Shown here: in pieces, positions 63,011 through 64,000 of the stretch
Position numbering within the stretch: position 1 is the first letter of the stretch
Layout: every line of letters starts with the position of its first letter
DNA from: Macrostomum lignano
Taxonomy: Eukaryota
DNA length: 64,000 bases
NCBI GenBank assembly: GCA_002269645.1
Contig: NIVC01001263.1
Span: 124,001-188,000, forward strand
Direction of reading: 5' to 3'
Position numbers and translations under genes: made by a program
Notes under the pieces: generated by a model
The model's database searches: none
What the model was told of the DNA's origin: nothing
Seen by the model: the letters and a program-made list of their open reading frames with translations, nothing else

Positions 63011-64000
63011 CTAATCCCTATGCCTCCGCCTCCACAACCCCACGCAGCCACACAATGTACAGTTTATGCTTTCATACAGGAATTAAACCTCTAATACTCG
63101 CGGCAGATGTCCCAAACCAAATCCCCAGGGTATGTAAGCAAATTTCCTACTGATTTATGAATCAATAATGCTCGCATGAGGTCAGCGAGTGTCTCAAACT
63201 GACTCCGGACCCCCGCTGCTCGGCATTAGCAGCCCCCGAGTTTCACTGCATGGCAGCTGCGAATCCCGCAGCGCAGCGGGCAATGTGCTTAGCGAGTCCG
63301 CACCTGTGGCTCGGTGCTCGGCCAATTTGCATGTCCGGCTGTCTCCGCCGCCAGCTCGCGCATGCAGCCGACAAGTTTCCCGCTGAGCTGCCTATCGCCT
63401 CGGCCCATTGTTGCTCATTGCGACCTTCAGATTTAATTGAGCCTGTTGATCAAGTCTGGCGGGTCGGGACTCCCCGCTGAGCACCAAAACCATATATATA
63501 AACTGTTGCTTGAGCACTGCTCATCCAGAATTTCCATCTCTGTCAACGTCTCCGTCTGGACTTGGCCTCGCGACCACTGCAGTTTCGAATTATAATACAA
63601 AGCTAGTCAACTCCGAACATTTGAAGGTCGATCGCTTAATAGCTTGGTAAGTTCTGCTGTGTGTGTTTCGATTTAGCTTTGAGAAGCCCGGGATAGCAGT
63701 GTGTGTAGCATCACTGGATTAAAGCTTATCTCTGTTCAATACAGCGGGCGCTTCTGTCTGACCTCATAACTGAGTATCCATTTCTACTCAGTTTAGTCGG
63801 AGCCTTTCAACCGGATTTCACTTGTCTCCGGCTCTTGGCTTTGTCTCTAAAGCTGATTCTCTTTGAGAAAGCAAAGCAGCTCTCAGTGTATCTGCATGAT
63901 CAGCCCTGTTCTCCTATATTTCATCCCAGTCTACCACAGCTGCCCATTGTTTGTCTGCTTGTCTGTCTGTCTACCTTTTTGTCTACCTGCCTGTCTATCT

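Noticed and set aside
62152-63153. 333-aa Pro/Thr-rich mucin-like ORF
   Set aside because: The core is a 42-bp minisatellite; there is no signal peptide or splice support.

Overview
Eukaryotic (metazoan) genomic DNA with GC-rich exons, short GT-AG introns and very dense minisatellites. The style suggests a macrostomid flatworm such as Macrostomum; this is an inference, not shown by the sequence. Manual splicing supports nine protein-coding genes: a 5'-incomplete NPS/CCAP/vasopressin-superfamily GPCR (+), a secreted PAN + F-type lectin (-), a small secreted Cys-rich precursor (-), one ~1229-aa secreted protein with five tandem copies of an uncharacterised ~185-aa module (+; the ORF track wrongly splits it into separate ORFs), a short ankyrin protein (+), ALDH9A1 (-), HSP10 (-), SMG5 (-) and LDB/Chip (+). 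Mobile DNA comprises two mariner derivatives (one inserted into the last codons of SMG5, one with 198-bp TIRs), a 4.7-kb Foldback-like element whose arms are inverted arrays of a 177-bp unit and which carries a nested LINE and a nested MITE, a P/hAT-like MITE, and a probable tRNA-derived SINE. About 20 unrelated tandem-repeat arrays produce most of the long ORFs in the supplied track; those ORFs are artefacts. All coordinates and splice sites were read by eye and need RNA-seq confirmation.
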